From assembly GCA_963736115.1 (NCBI GenBank), contig CAVTNR010000010.1:64674-128673 (forward strand): DNA of 64,000 nucleotides, read 5' to 3'. The notes beneath the pieces were generated by a model. That model worked only from the letters and a program-made list of their open reading frames with translations. It did not search any database and had not been told where the DNA came from. Each line of letters opens with the position of its first letter. Positions within the stretch are counted from its first letter, which is position 1. The DNA is from an uncultured bacterium. GTDB taxonomy: Bacteria > Zhuqueibacterota > QNDG01 > DTFT01. Made by a program: the position numbers and the translations under genes. Below, piece by piece: positions 26,296 through 38,317 of the stretch.

Positions 26296-27825
26296 TCATT
26301 TCCGGATGCCGGCCCGGATCTGGGTGATCGAATGCGGCGGGAAGGCGAATGAAAGGGTTTTCCCTTGCGGCTTCAACTCCCGGGTGACCGGCATGTACTG
26401 CTCCCGCTTTCCGTAAACGAACGGCTCGTTCAAGGATTCGGCCGTCAGAATGTCGGCCGCGGCCTTTCCCGTCCAATCGCCGGACTGGCTGATGATTTCG
26501 GCCGGTATGGCCTTGTCCCTGTGACGGTTCACGACAGTGACGACAACCTCGCCCTTCTCCTTCGAATACACCGACGTCACGTCCAGGTAGGGAATCCCCT
26601 TGTACCGTTCCGTGTTAAAGGTGTCGCATTGCACGTGCGCGTCGAGCGAAACGCCGAGGCAGTTGTTCGAGAACAGCTTGAACGCATGGAAGAGCGGCGA
26701 CTTGTATGTCCCCTTTTCCCGGTCGGACCCGAGAAGCGACGTCAGCATGGTGAAATTGGTCATTTTCACCACGTCCGCGTGGCGGATGAACGCGTTGAGG
26801 CACTGCGCGACCGGCAGGACGGACCTGAAATCCCTGCCGAAGGTGCCCCATTCGTCGAAAGAAATCGCGATCGGATTCCGGAAACCCTTCATCGCCCGGG
26901 CCGCTTCGATCTCGGCGGCCGTGACCGTGATTTTTTCCTCGAAATCCATGGCGCTCTGCCCCATGAACGTGTAGTAGTCCGGTGAATTTTCCCAGTACCG
27001 GTGGATGGAGATGTAATCGATCAAGTCGCCGAGCCCCTCGAGCACTTTCCGGTTCCAATCGACCCAGATTCCGGTGCTCTCGTAGTGCGAGGATCCGGAG
27101 GCGACAAAACGGATGTCCGGATCCACAGACCGCATGGCCTTGGCCGCTTCCCGGCCGATCTTGACGTAGTCGTCCGCGTTTTTGTATCCCAGTTCCCACG
27201 GCGCGCCGTCCACCTCATTGCCCAGATCCCAGATGCGGATGCCGTACGGCTTCGCGTTCCCGGTCCGGACGCGCAGGTCGGAATAATGGGTGCCTTTCGC
27301 ATAATTGCAGTACTCGACCCACCCCACCGCGTCCTTGATGCCGGCCAGGCCCAGGTTGACGCAGACGATATTCTCGCTTCCGATGGCCCGGTTCAACTGA
27401 ACCCACTCGTCCGTTCCGACATGGTTGTTGTCGATTCCGCCCCAGGCGAGATTGATGCGGCGGGGACGCTCGGCCTTGGGTCCGATGCCGTCCTGCCAGT
27501 CGTATCCCATGACGAAATTACCGCCCGGCCAGCGCATGTTGGTGATCTTCAGCTCCTGCATGGCCTCGATGTAGTCCCTGCGGAATCCGTTTTCGTCCGC
27601 CAGAGGGGAGGACGGATCGTACAGGTTGCCGTACAGGGTGTTGAAACGCGCCGAGTCCGGCATTCCCATCCGCCTGCCGCTGAATTCGATGGGTTCCATG
27701 AATACGCCGTAGATTTTAGAATCGATCTCGCCGATCTTCCTGTCGACATCGATCTTGATTCGTGCGGTCTGGGCGGAAGCGGACATCGATAACGCCAGCA
27801 TCAGCGGAACAAGGCATTTCTTCAT
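26296..27825 (-). CDS. GH51 alpha-L-arabinofuranosidase, secreted
   Basis: ORF 26296..27897; ATG at 27825 gives MKKCLVPLMLALSMSASAQ. Motifs MRWPGGNFVMGYDWQDGIGP..RP, VEYCNY, IWDLGNEVDGAPWELGY. Confidence 0.85.
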   Translation of the reverse strand: MKKCLVPLMLALSMSASAQTARIKIDVDRKIGEIDSKIYGVFMEPIEFSGRRMGMPDSARFNTLYGNLYDPSSPLADENGFRRDYIEAMQELKITNMRWPGGNFVMGYDWQDGIGPKAERPRRINLAWGGIDNNHVGTDEWVQLNRAIGSENIVCVNLGLAGIKDAVGWVEYCNYAKGTHYSDLRVRTGNAKPYGIRIWDLGNEVDGAPWELGYKNADDYVKIGREAAKAMRSVDPDIRFVASGSSHYESTGIWVDWNRKVLEGLGDLIDYISIHRYWENSPDYYTFMGQSAMDFEEKITVTAAEIEAARAMKGFRNPIAISFDEWGTFGRDFRSVLPVAQCLNAFIRHADVVKMTNFTMLTSLLGSDREKGTYKSPLFHAFKLFSNNCLGVSLDAHVQCDTFNTERYKGIPYLDVTSVYSKEKGEVVVTVVNRHRDKAIPAEIISQSGDWTGKAAADILTAESLNEPFVYGKREQYMPVTRELKPQGKTLSFAFPPHSITQIRAGIRK

Positions 27826-27888
27826 GTCGGTTCTCTCTTTGGATGGTGAATGGACTCGAGGCCGGATTTCCGAAAATCCATTGAAGCT

Positions 27889-27928
27889 GAAAAACAATCT
27901 CCGTCCCGAGTCGGCCCCGGGACGGAGA
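27889..27928 (-). terminator. Rho-independent terminator after the esterase gene
   Basis: Perfect 11-bp stem TCTCCGTCCCG (27898..27908) / CGGGACGGAGA (27918..27928). On the minus strand it is followed by TTGTTTTTC. An ATTGAAGCT box lies at 27880..27888. Confidence 0.7.
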
Positions 27929-27960
27929 TGGAAGCGTGCGTTCCTGTCTTTCCGGCCCGG

Positions 27961-30459
<2,499 letters not shown>

Positions 30460-30476
30460 CTGACTGCCTCCTTTGA

Positions 30477-32876
30477 TTAACGGATTTCTTCGAAAACCAT
30501 ACTGTCCAGGTTCACATTGTCCGCATCAATCACGAGTTTCAGCTCATGCGCACCCGTTTCGAGTTTCACGGTTCTCTCGATCTTCGTCCAGTTCTGATAC
30601 GCGCCGGTGAAGGGGACCGGAACGATCCCGGTGATATCCCTGCCGTCGCATTCGAGATGCATTTGGCCGCCTTCGCTGCCGGAGGCGACGGAGAATGAAA
30701 CCTTGTATGCCGCGGATCGATCGATGGTGACGGAATACGCCATCCATTCCCCGGCATGGGTCCAGCCCACGTTATAACCGCCCGTGGAGCATCTTTCGAT
30801 GTCCACGGCCTGATTGAGACGGTATTGCCCGCCTTCGTTCACTTCATTCCGGTCCGAATAGGCGTTTTCGGGACATCCGGCGTCGAAATCCTCGGCTTCC
30901 ACGGTTCCGGGAATCCTGTGGGGTTTGAAGGCGGTTTGAGGCGTCTCGCAGACTTCCGCGAGATTCCACCCGGAAACCGGTCCGCTTTCATCGCCGGACA
31001 GCCCGGCTTTACTGCCTTCGGCCGGGGCGGCGCCCGCGGTCAGGAGCAGACCGGGGAACCGGCCATTGGAAATCCGGAGCAGTCCGCTGTTCCCGTTCTC
31101 GATTTTCCAGAGCTGACCGTCCTCTCCCGTCCATGCCGACAGAATCGGGGACTGACCGGCCTCGTCGCACCCGATGACAAGGCCGCTTTCCCGGTTGGCG
31201 ATTTGATAGATACCCCTCCCCTTGCACTCCAGTTTCCATTGACCGGATGGGTTCCTTCGTTTCCCGGTCAGGCTTAAATCCGAACCCAGCACCAGCCCTC
31301 TCGTCCGGCCTCCGGGGACCAGGACATAATGCGGACTGCAGTTCAGATCGGCGTATTTGTCCAGTTTCGGAATCCGGCCGTCGAAGCTGAGTTTCAGCGC
31401 GTAGGCCGTCTCCTGAAAGGGCCTTTCAGGCAGGCGGACGGTCAGCCCCTCGGACGTCTGTTTGAAGGGTAGAGAAAGGTACTGTCCGGCTCCGCCGTTG
31501 ATCAGCTCGACCGACTTGAGGTTCGCGCAGTCGATCCTGTCTGAGGACAGAGAACGGAGCGTGACCTCCATCCGGTCATCGTCCCATCCGAGCAGAATGG
31601 CGTACAGGGTCGAATTGTCCTTCGACCGGGTGTACCGGATGTCATCGGCCGTCCCTTCGGCCGGAGCCGTGAACACGCCGTGACCGGCTCCCATGGCGGT
31701 GGGACCTTCTCCGTATTGCACCCAGGCGCGGGTGGCGTACACCGCTTCGCCGTATTTTTTCAGCCACGCGCCCATGGTGAGCAGGACGTCCCTCTGTTCC
31801 TGCGGGATGGATCCGTCCGCCTTCGGGGATATGTTAAGGAGCAGGTTGCCGTTCTTGCTGATCCGGTCCAGAAACCCGTGAAGGACCTGCTTCGGGGAAT
31901 AATATCCGATTCCCTCGGTGTAGCACCAGCTCGAGGAGCTGATGGCGTCGTCGGTCAGCCAGTAATTGTCCGTGATGTCTACCGGTCCTCCGCGCTCGTA
32001 ATCCAGCACGGCGCATCGGTCGTTCAGGCCGTCCTTGTATGTGGCCACGACTTCCTTCCCCCACCCGGAAGCCGCATTATAATAGTCAGCGAGGAATTGC
32101 AGGAGAACCGGCTGGGACAGGATGTGCAGATTGAAATCCTGCCAGATGATGTCGGGCTTGTAGCCGTTGATGATTTCCCTGTGTTTTTCCAGCCAGAAGG
32201 CCTCGTTCTTTTCCTTCCCCTGCTGGCCGAAAAGCTTCCGGAGATTCGGATCGTCGGTTTGGGGAACCGCGGAGTAAAAACCGGTGATGTTGTAAGCGTG
32301 ATGCATGGAAAGAATGATTTTCATGTTCTTTTTACGGATGGCCTCCGTCAGCAGGCCGACCAGGTCGAGTTTCGGCCCCTGGTCCTTCGCGTTCCAGGGA
32401 TTGACCCGGCTCGCCCACATCGAAAAGCCGTCGTGGTGCTCGGCCACCGGCCCCGCGAATTTCGCTCCCGCGTCGGCGAACAACTGCGCCCATTCGTCCG
32501 GGTCGAACTGCCCGCCTTGGGACTTGAGCCTGGGCGCGAATTGCGTGAATCGGCCCTGTTTGTCCTTCGCCCCCGTGATAAAATAGTTGTAAGGCCAGAC
32601 GGAGGGATCTCCGTACGTCTCCGTATGGTGGCGTTTCTCCCCCGATCCCTGAAGATACATGCTTCGCGGATACCATTCATTCGCGAAAGCTGGGACCGTG
32701 TAGACGCCCCAGTGAAAATAGATGCCGAACTTGGCGTCCTTGAACCACTCGGGAACGGGATTCGCCTTCTCCAGCGACTCGAAGGATGGTTCGAACACCC
32801 GCGGATTGGTTGCGGGTTGAGCGGTCAGGAGTCCCGCAAGAATGAAACACGGGATCACCGGGATTCGGATTCTCAT
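30477..32876 (-). CDS. GH29 alpha-L-fucosidase with ricin-type lectin-like and CBM6-like C-terminal domains
   Basis: GH29 core AKFGIYFHWGVYTVPAFANEWYPRSMY...AEHHDGFSMWAS. Beta-trefoil-like GQWKLE..GIYQIANRESGLVIG..GQLWKIEN. CBM6-like IPGTVEAEDFD...GYNVGWTHAGEWMAYSV. Confidence 0.85.
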   Translation of the reverse strand: MRIRIPVIPCFILAGLLTAQPATNPRVFEPSFESLEKANPVPEWFKDAKFGIYFHWGVYTVPAFANEWYPRSMYLQGSGEKRHHTETYGDPSVWPYNYFITGAKDKQGRFTQFAPRLKSQGGQFDPDEWAQLFADAGAKFAGPVAEHHDGFSMWASRVNPWNAKDQGPKLDLVGLLTEAIRKKNMKIILSMHHAYNITGFYSAVPQTDDPNLRKLFGQQGKEKNEAFWLEKHREIINGYKPDIIWQDFNLHILSQPVLLQFLADYYNAASGWGKEVVATYKDGLNDRCAVLDYERGGPVDITDNYWLTDDAISSSSWCYTEGIGYYSPKQVLHGFLDRISKNGNLLLNISPKADGSIPQEQRDVLLTMGAWLKKYGEAVYATRAWVQYGEGPTAMGAGHGVFTAPAEGTADDIRYTRSKDNSTLYAILLGWDDDRMEVTLRSLSSDRIDCANLKSVELINGGAGQYLSLPFKQTSEGLTVRLPERPFQETAYALKLSFDGRIPKLDKYADLNCSPHYVLVPGGRTRGLVLGSDLSLTGKRRNPSGQWKLECKGRGIYQIANRESGLVIGCDEAGQSPILSAWTGEDGQLWKIENGNSGLLRISNGRFPGLLLTAGAAPAEGSKAGLSGDESGPVSGWNLAEVCETPQTAFKPHRIPGTVEAEDFDAGCPENAYSDRNEVNEGGQYRLNQAVDIERCSTGGYNVGWTHAGEWMAYSVTIDRSAAYKVSFSVASGSEGGQMHLECDGRDITGIVPVPFTGAYQNWTKIERTVKLETGAHELKLVIDADNVNLDSMVFEEIR

Positions 32877-32891
32877 TGGATACCTCTCTCG

Positions 32892-35312
32892 TCACTGCTT
32901 TTCGGAATGAATGGTGATAGACGCGGATGACAGACCCTTCGAATCCGCCTCCAGCCTGATTTTTCCGGCCTCGCGGGCGCTTCGGACCACCACCAGGGCG
33001 CGTCCGTGGAAGGCGTTCCGATCAGGCCCGGTGTATGGATCCGGATCCTTTCCGTTTCCATTGTCCACGCCTGCGATGACACCAGGGCCGCTGATCGCGA
33101 AATGCAGCCGGTTTCCGGCATTGGGCTGAATGTTCCCTGCCGCGTCCGTGATTTCAACGGTCACGAAGGACAGGTCCTGACCGTCCGCGGATATCCGGGA
33201 CCGGTCGGCAGTCAGCCGGATGCGGGCCGGGGGACCCGCGGTTTTCAGGGTCACGGATTCCGTCTCCCTGCCGTCTTTCACGCCTGCGGCTTTGAGCATG
33301 CCGGGAGCGTACGGCAGGGTGAAAACAGCCTTGAATTCCTGTTCCGGGCCGGTGGGCAGCTCGCCAATTCGATTCCCGTTCAGAACCAGACGGACGGCCG
33401 GGTATTTTGAAACCACTTCGACCTGTATGTCCTTCCCTTCCCGTCCCGGCCATGTCCAGCTTTCCCATGCCGGCCACACGGACCAGAGCGTTTCCTGGAT
33501 GGCGCCGTCGTTGGGATTGGGTTCCCGCACGGACATATGGATCTTCGGCGTTTCGTTCCAGAGCAGGGACCGGTAATGGGAGACGGGTTTCCGCCACCCG
33601 GTTAAATCGATGTCCCCGCAATAGGAGGCGTGCCAGGGATACACGTCATTCTCCCAGGATTCCCCCTTCGGTTCGCCCGGATAAAAGGTGCGGCCTATGC
33701 CCGATTCACCCAGATAATCGATCGCAGTCCACACAAAATCACCGATAATGTAAGGGTGGCCCTGTACCGCGCTCCAGTTGCTGAACGCGTCCCGCGGAAA
33801 CGATTCCGTCTGCGCGATGATCCGCGAAGGAACCCGTTCATGATCGGACACAGCCCGGTGCATCTGATAATTGTAACCGCACACGTCATGCGCCGCCATC
33901 AGCGGGTCGAAGATCTCCCAACCCTGGTCCCAGGTGGTCATGGCGGATGTCACGGGACGCGTCGGATCGATCCGGCGGATGCAGCCGGCGAGCATTTTCG
34001 CGGTTTCAACCGCCCCCGGATCGGTCCTCTCGATGATTTCGTTGCCGGTGCTCCACATCACGATCGAGGGATGGTTCCGGTCACGCATCACCATGGATTC
34101 GAGGTCCCGCTGCCACCAGTCATTGAAAACAACCGCGTAGTCCCGCGGATTCTTGCCGGTTTTCCAGCAGTCGAACGATTCGTCGATGACCATCAATCCC
34201 AGCCGGTCGCACGCGTCCAGAAACGCCTCCGAGGGCGGATTGTGGGCGGTCCGCACGGCGTTGAACCCGGCCGCTTTCAGCAGTTCCGCCTTCCGCTCCT
34301 CTGCACGGTCGAACGCGGCCGCGCCCAGGCATCCGTTGTCGTGGTGCACGCACCCGCCGTTCAGTTTCAGCGTTTTCCCGTTCAATTGGAACCCGTTTTC
34401 CGGGGTGAATTTCAGCGAGCGGATGCCGAAGGCGGTCCGGACGTCGTCAAGATTCCTGCGTCCCTGAAGCACGGAGATACGCGCCTCGTACAGATCGGGC
34501 GTTTCCGGCGTCCAGAGCCGCGGGCTGTGGACGGTCAAGATCCTCAGCACATCTCGGCTGCCTGCCGCTGCCAGTTCGACGGTGACCGTGTCGGCCGCCG
34601 CGATCCTGCCTTTCCGGTCCGCGACCTGAACGTCGAGGAGGACTCTTTGAGGTGTATCGGACCTGTTCTCCACCGTTGTGCGGATTTGAACGACCGCCTC
34701 TTCCGGCCGGACATCCGGAGTCGTGACGCACACGCCCCACGGCGCGACATGAACGGGATCGGTCACGATGAGCCGGACCGGCCTGTAAATGCCCGACCCG
34801 CTGTACCAGCGGGAGTTGAGGTGACGCGAATTGTCCACACGCACGGCGAGGACATTATCCGAATTCAGCCGGAGATGCTCCGTGAGGTCATGAAAAAAGG
34901 GCGTGTAACCGTAGGGATGAACGCCAAGGGAATGTCCGTTGATGAACACCTCGGCGTTCATGTAAACGCCTTCGAAATACACGGATACGTGTTTGTCCAT
35001 CCACTCGGATGGGGCACGAAAATGTTTTCGATACCACCCGACTCCCGCGGGAAAAAATCCACCGGGCTGGCCGGTCGGGTTCTGACGGTCGATCCGGCCC
35101 TCGATGCTCCAGTCGTGCGGAAGGTCGAGCGACCGCCAGCCCTGATCATCGAAATCAGCCGCGGCGGCTGTCGGATCGTCCTTCAGGCTGAATTTCCAGT
35201 CATCGCCGAAAAACAACCGGCGATCGGTTCCGCCTGAATGGCGGATGCCGCCCGTCCCACAGGCGGATGAAACCAGCATCGCCGCAATCAGCCAGGATAA
35301 CATTTTTTGCAT
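32892..35312 (-). CDS. GH2 glycoside hydrolase (beta-galactosidase/beta-glucuronidase type), secreted
   Basis: ORF 32892..35330; the likelier start is the ATG at 35312 (MQKMLSWLIAAMLVSSACG). Motifs DLPHDWSIEG, GWYRKHF, RWYSGSGIYRPVRL, AVRTAHNPPSEAFLDACDRLGLMVIDE, RNHPSIVMWSTGNEI. Confidence 0.85.
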   Translation of the reverse strand: MQKMLSWLIAAMLVSSACGTGGIRHSGGTDRRLFFGDDWKFSLKDDPTAAAADFDDQGWRSLDLPHDWSIEGRIDRQNPTGQPGGFFPAGVGWYRKHFRAPSEWMDKHVSVYFEGVYMNAEVFINGHSLGVHPYGYTPFFHDLTEHLRLNSDNVLAVRVDNSRHLNSRWYSGSGIYRPVRLIVTDPVHVAPWGVCVTTPDVRPEEAVVQIRTTVENRSDTPQRVLLDVQVADRKGRIAAADTVTVELAAAGSRDVLRILTVHSPRLWTPETPDLYEARISVLQGRRNLDDVRTAFGIRSLKFTPENGFQLNGKTLKLNGGCVHHDNGCLGAAAFDRAEERKAELLKAAGFNAVRTAHNPPSEAFLDACDRLGLMVIDESFDCWKTGKNPRDYAVVFNDWWQRDLESMVMRDRNHPSIVMWSTGNEIIERTDPGAVETAKMLAGCIRRIDPTRPVTSAMTTWDQGWEIFDPLMAAHDVCGYNYQMHRAVSDHERVPSRIIAQTESFPRDAFSNWSAVQGHPYIIGDFVWTAIDYLGESGIGRTFYPGEPKGESWENDVYPWHASYCGDIDLTGWRKPVSHYRSLLWNETPKIHMSVREPNPNDGAIQETLWSVWPAWESWTWPGREGKDIQVEVVSKYPAVRLVLNGNRIGELPTGPEQEFKAVFTLPYAPGMLKAAGVKDGRETESVTLKTAGPPARIRLTADRSRISADGQDLSFVTVEITDAAGNIQPNAGNRLHFAISGPGVIAGVDNGNGKDPDPYTGPDRNAFHGRALVVVRSAREAGKIRLEADSKGLSSASITIHSEKQ

Positions 35313-35444
35313 GGAACTCTGTCCTTTCATCCGATGCGTGTCAGCCCCGGTGTTTCCACCATGGAAATCCGCGCCGGCCGCAAACCGATTCCCGGACGCA
35401 TCGATCTCGCGTCTACGGATCGACCGGGCACCCGGCCGCGCCCG

Positions 35445-38294
35445 CTATTTTGCCGTAATGGAAACGCGGGCGGTCCGCAATCCTTCGGATTCAGCGGAAA
35501 TCCGTATTTCGCCCGCATCGCCATTCGATCGGATCACGGCCAGACACAGGCCGTGAAAAGCCTTCCGGTGATCCCGGTTGAAATATTCATGACTGACCGG
35601 GTTTCCGTTGTCCACTCCGGCGATCCCACCGGCGCCGGATACCGAGAATCGCACGAGCGGATCGGCGTCGGGACACAGGCGCCCTTCACTGTCCGCGATC
35701 TCCACCCGGACGAACGAAAGGTCTTTTCCGTCCGGCCGGATTTCGGTGCGATCGGGCTTCAGGATGATTTGCGCGGGGACGCCCGCGGTAACTACTGAAT
35801 CCGTGCACACCGCTTCCCCGTTTTTCCCGGCGACGGCCCGCAATGTCCCCGGAACATAGGGAACTTTCCATTCCAGGTACAGTCGCTCCGTATCCCGGAA
35901 ACTTTTTTCGCCGAGGGAGCGTCCATCCAGGAACAGTTCCACTGATCCGCAATTGGTATAACAGCGGACCGGTATCTCTTTTCCCTCAAAACCCGGCCAG
36001 TTCCAATGCGGAAGGATGTGGATCATCGGCTTATCCGTCCATCGGCTCTGGTACAGGTAGAACCGGTCCTTCGGAAACCCGCCCCGGTCGACGATTCCGA
36101 AATAGGAGGAGACTGAGGGCCAGCTGAAGGGCGACGGCTCGCCGATGTAGTCGAAGCCGGTCCACACGAACTCTCCGGCGATCCACGGGGCCGCGGCAAC
36201 CGCCTTCAGCGTGTTTTCCGCGGTGTCGTCGTCGTAGGAGGACCGCTGATTGTCCAGGGCCTGAACGATTTTCGGGTTCCCGCTCCCTTCGGCAACCAGG
36301 TTGTAATGGCCCCGCGTGCTGACGGCCGAGGCGGTTTCGGACGCGACCAGGGGCGTCTTCCCCTTCAGGGTCGGGTAAAAGGGCAGGGAATAATTGATGC
36401 CGAACACGTCGAGCGGTTTTGAAAAACCGCTTTTCACCGCGGCGTCCGGCGAGTTGCAGCCCGAGGTGACGGGACGCGTCGGATCCTCCCGCCGGCAGAT
36501 GTCCGCGAGCCGTTTCGACATTTCGAACGCGTCCGCGTTATCCTGCTCGGGAATCTCGTTGCCGATGCTCCAGAGGATGATGCTGGGATGGTTCCGGTCG
36601 CGTCGGATCATGTCCGCCAGGTCCCGTTCGCTCCAGGCGTCGAAAAACCGGTCGTATCCGAACATCGTCTTCGCCCGTTTCCACTCGTCGAACGCTTCGT
36701 CCATGACGAGGAATCCCATTCGGTCGCAGGCATCCAACAGCTCTGGAGCGGGCGGATTGTGGCTCGTTCGAACCGCGTTGCAGCCCATGGTCTTCATGAT
36801 TTCCAGCTGGCGCTCGATGGCGCGGCCGTTCACGGCCGTTCCGAGGCATCCCAGGTCGTGGTGGAGGTTCACTCCCCGGATGGGGACATGCCTGCCGTTC
36901 AGGAAAAATCCGCTGTCCGCGGTGAATTCGAAAGTCCGGATGCCGAACGGGGTTTCGGCCGCGTCCGTGACGCGCCCGTTCAGCAGGACCGTGGACCGGG
37001 CGCGGTACAACGCCGGATTCTCCAGGGACCACAGATTCGGCCGGCGGACGCTGAGCGTGTGATCGAAACGGCCTGCGCTGTCCGGTTCGACCCGCTGTGC
37101 GGAACGGGTCACGGCCATTTCGCGGCCGGCCCCGTCCACGATGACGGTCTCACAGATGACGGACCGTGAAACAGTCGACTGGTTCAGGACCCGGGTCTGC
37201 ACGCGGACTTCCGCCTGGTCGGCCGAAACGGACGGCGTGGTCACGAAGACCCCCCAATGCGCGACATGAACCGGATCGGTCTTCGTCAGACGCACGTCCC
37301 GGTAAATGCCCGCCCCGGAATACCATCTTGAACAGGGTTGACGGACGTCAGCCCGCACGGCCAGCACATTTTCCCCGCCGCCGAACCGGACATGGTCCGT
37401 CAATTCGTACTGAAAGCTCGAATAGCCGTATGGACGGTTGCCGAGGTGGTTTCCGTTGATCCAGACGTCGCTGTTCATGTAGACGCCGTCGAATTCCATG
37501 AAAACTCTTTTACCCCGGTCGCTGTCCGGCAGTTCGAATGTTTTTCTGTACCATCCGGTTCCCCCGTTGATGTAACCCGCTCCGCTGCCCCCGGGGCAGG
37601 CGGAATCGAAAGGTCCCTCAACCGTCTTTTCCCCCTCCGCGTAGAGGCCGCCGCCGAACACGCCGTCGAACACCCGGACTGCGATGCTGTTGCTTTCTCC
37701 GTACCGGATGATGCCGCCGGGAACCCGGTACCGTCTGGGCTGGTCCCAGGCGGTCACATACCGGGGCGGAAAGGAACCCAGGCCGCCCACCTTCACGCCG
37801 TTGAAAAAGGTCTCGTCCGCATCGTCGATTTTTCCCAGATTGACGAGGATGTCCTTTCCCTTTGCATCTGCCGGGACTGCCAACTCACGCCGATACCAGC
37901 CGATCACGTTGTCATCCGTGTAGTCCGAGTGTGTCTCCCAGTTCGACGGAAGCGTCACGGTCTGCCAGGAACCGTCCTTCAGTCCGGGATTTTTCCACGA
38001 CGGATCGTCGCCCCTGTTGAACTTCCACTCGCCGGCCGCGGCACGGATCTCGGGTATCGAATCCGCTTCCGTCCCGGACGGTGACAGTCCCTCGATACTC
38101 CAGTCATGGGGAAGGTCGAGAACGCGCCAGGACGAATCATCGAATGAAGTCGCCTGTCCGTCCGGCGCGTCTCCGAGGTGAAACCGCCAATCGGAGTGGA
38201 AAGGCCGAATGACCTGCGCATGACCGGAGACCGCGGTGCAGGCCGCGAGCCAGGCGGCTCCCGCGAGGATGGATCGCTTCGGCAGACGAGGCAT
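35445..38294 (-). CDS. GH2 glycoside hydrolase paralogue with an extra jelly-roll domain nested in the N-terminal sugar-binding domain
   Basis: ORF 35445..38741, but the first 149 codons overlap the upstream gene and are R/G-rich junk. The ATG at 38294 gives MPRLPKRSILAGAAWLAACTAVSGHAQ. Same GH2 motifs as the neighbour, plus an insert of about 155 aa between DWSIEG and GWYRK. Confidence 0.85.
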   Translation of the reverse strand: MPRLPKRSILAGAAWLAACTAVSGHAQVIRPFHSDWRFHLGDAPDGQATSFDDSSWRVLDLPHDWSIEGLSPSGTEADSIPEIRAAAGEWKFNRGDDPSWKNPGLKDGSWQTVTLPSNWETHSDYTDDNVIGWYRRELAVPADAKGKDILVNLGKIDDADETFFNGVKVGGLGSFPPRYVTAWDQPRRYRVPGGIIRYGESNSIAVRVFDGVFGGGLYAEGEKTVEGPFDSACPGGSGAGYINGGTGWYRKTFELPDSDRGKRVFMEFDGVYMNSDVWINGNHLGNRPYGYSSFQYELTDHVRFGGGENVLAVRADVRQPCSRWYSGAGIYRDVRLTKTDPVHVAHWGVFVTTPSVSADQAEVRVQTRVLNQSTVSRSVICETVIVDGAGREMAVTRSAQRVEPDSAGRFDHTLSVRRPNLWSLENPALYRARSTVLLNGRVTDAAETPFGIRTFEFTADSGFFLNGRHVPIRGVNLHHDLGCLGTAVNGRAIERQLEIMKTMGCNAVRTSHNPPAPELLDACDRMGFLVMDEAFDEWKRAKTMFGYDRFFDAWSERDLADMIRRDRNHPSIILWSIGNEIPEQDNADAFEMSKRLADICRREDPTRPVTSGCNSPDAAVKSGFSKPLDVFGINYSLPFYPTLKGKTPLVASETASAVSTRGHYNLVAEGSGNPKIVQALDNQRSSYDDDTAENTLKAVAAAPWIAGEFVWTGFDYIGEPSPFSWPSVSSYFGIVDRGGFPKDRFYLYQSRWTDKPMIHILPHWNWPGFEGKEIPVRCYTNCGSVELFLDGRSLGEKSFRDTERLYLEWKVPYVPGTLRAVAGKNGEAVCTDSVVTAGVPAQIILKPDRTEIRPDGKDLSFVRVEIADSEGRLCPDADPLVRFSVSGAGGIAGVDNGNPVSHEYFNRDHRKAFHGLCLAVIRSNGDAGEIRISAESEGLRTARVSITAK

Positions 38295-38317
38295 TCGGTT
38301 TCTCAAGGCGCCGCTCC

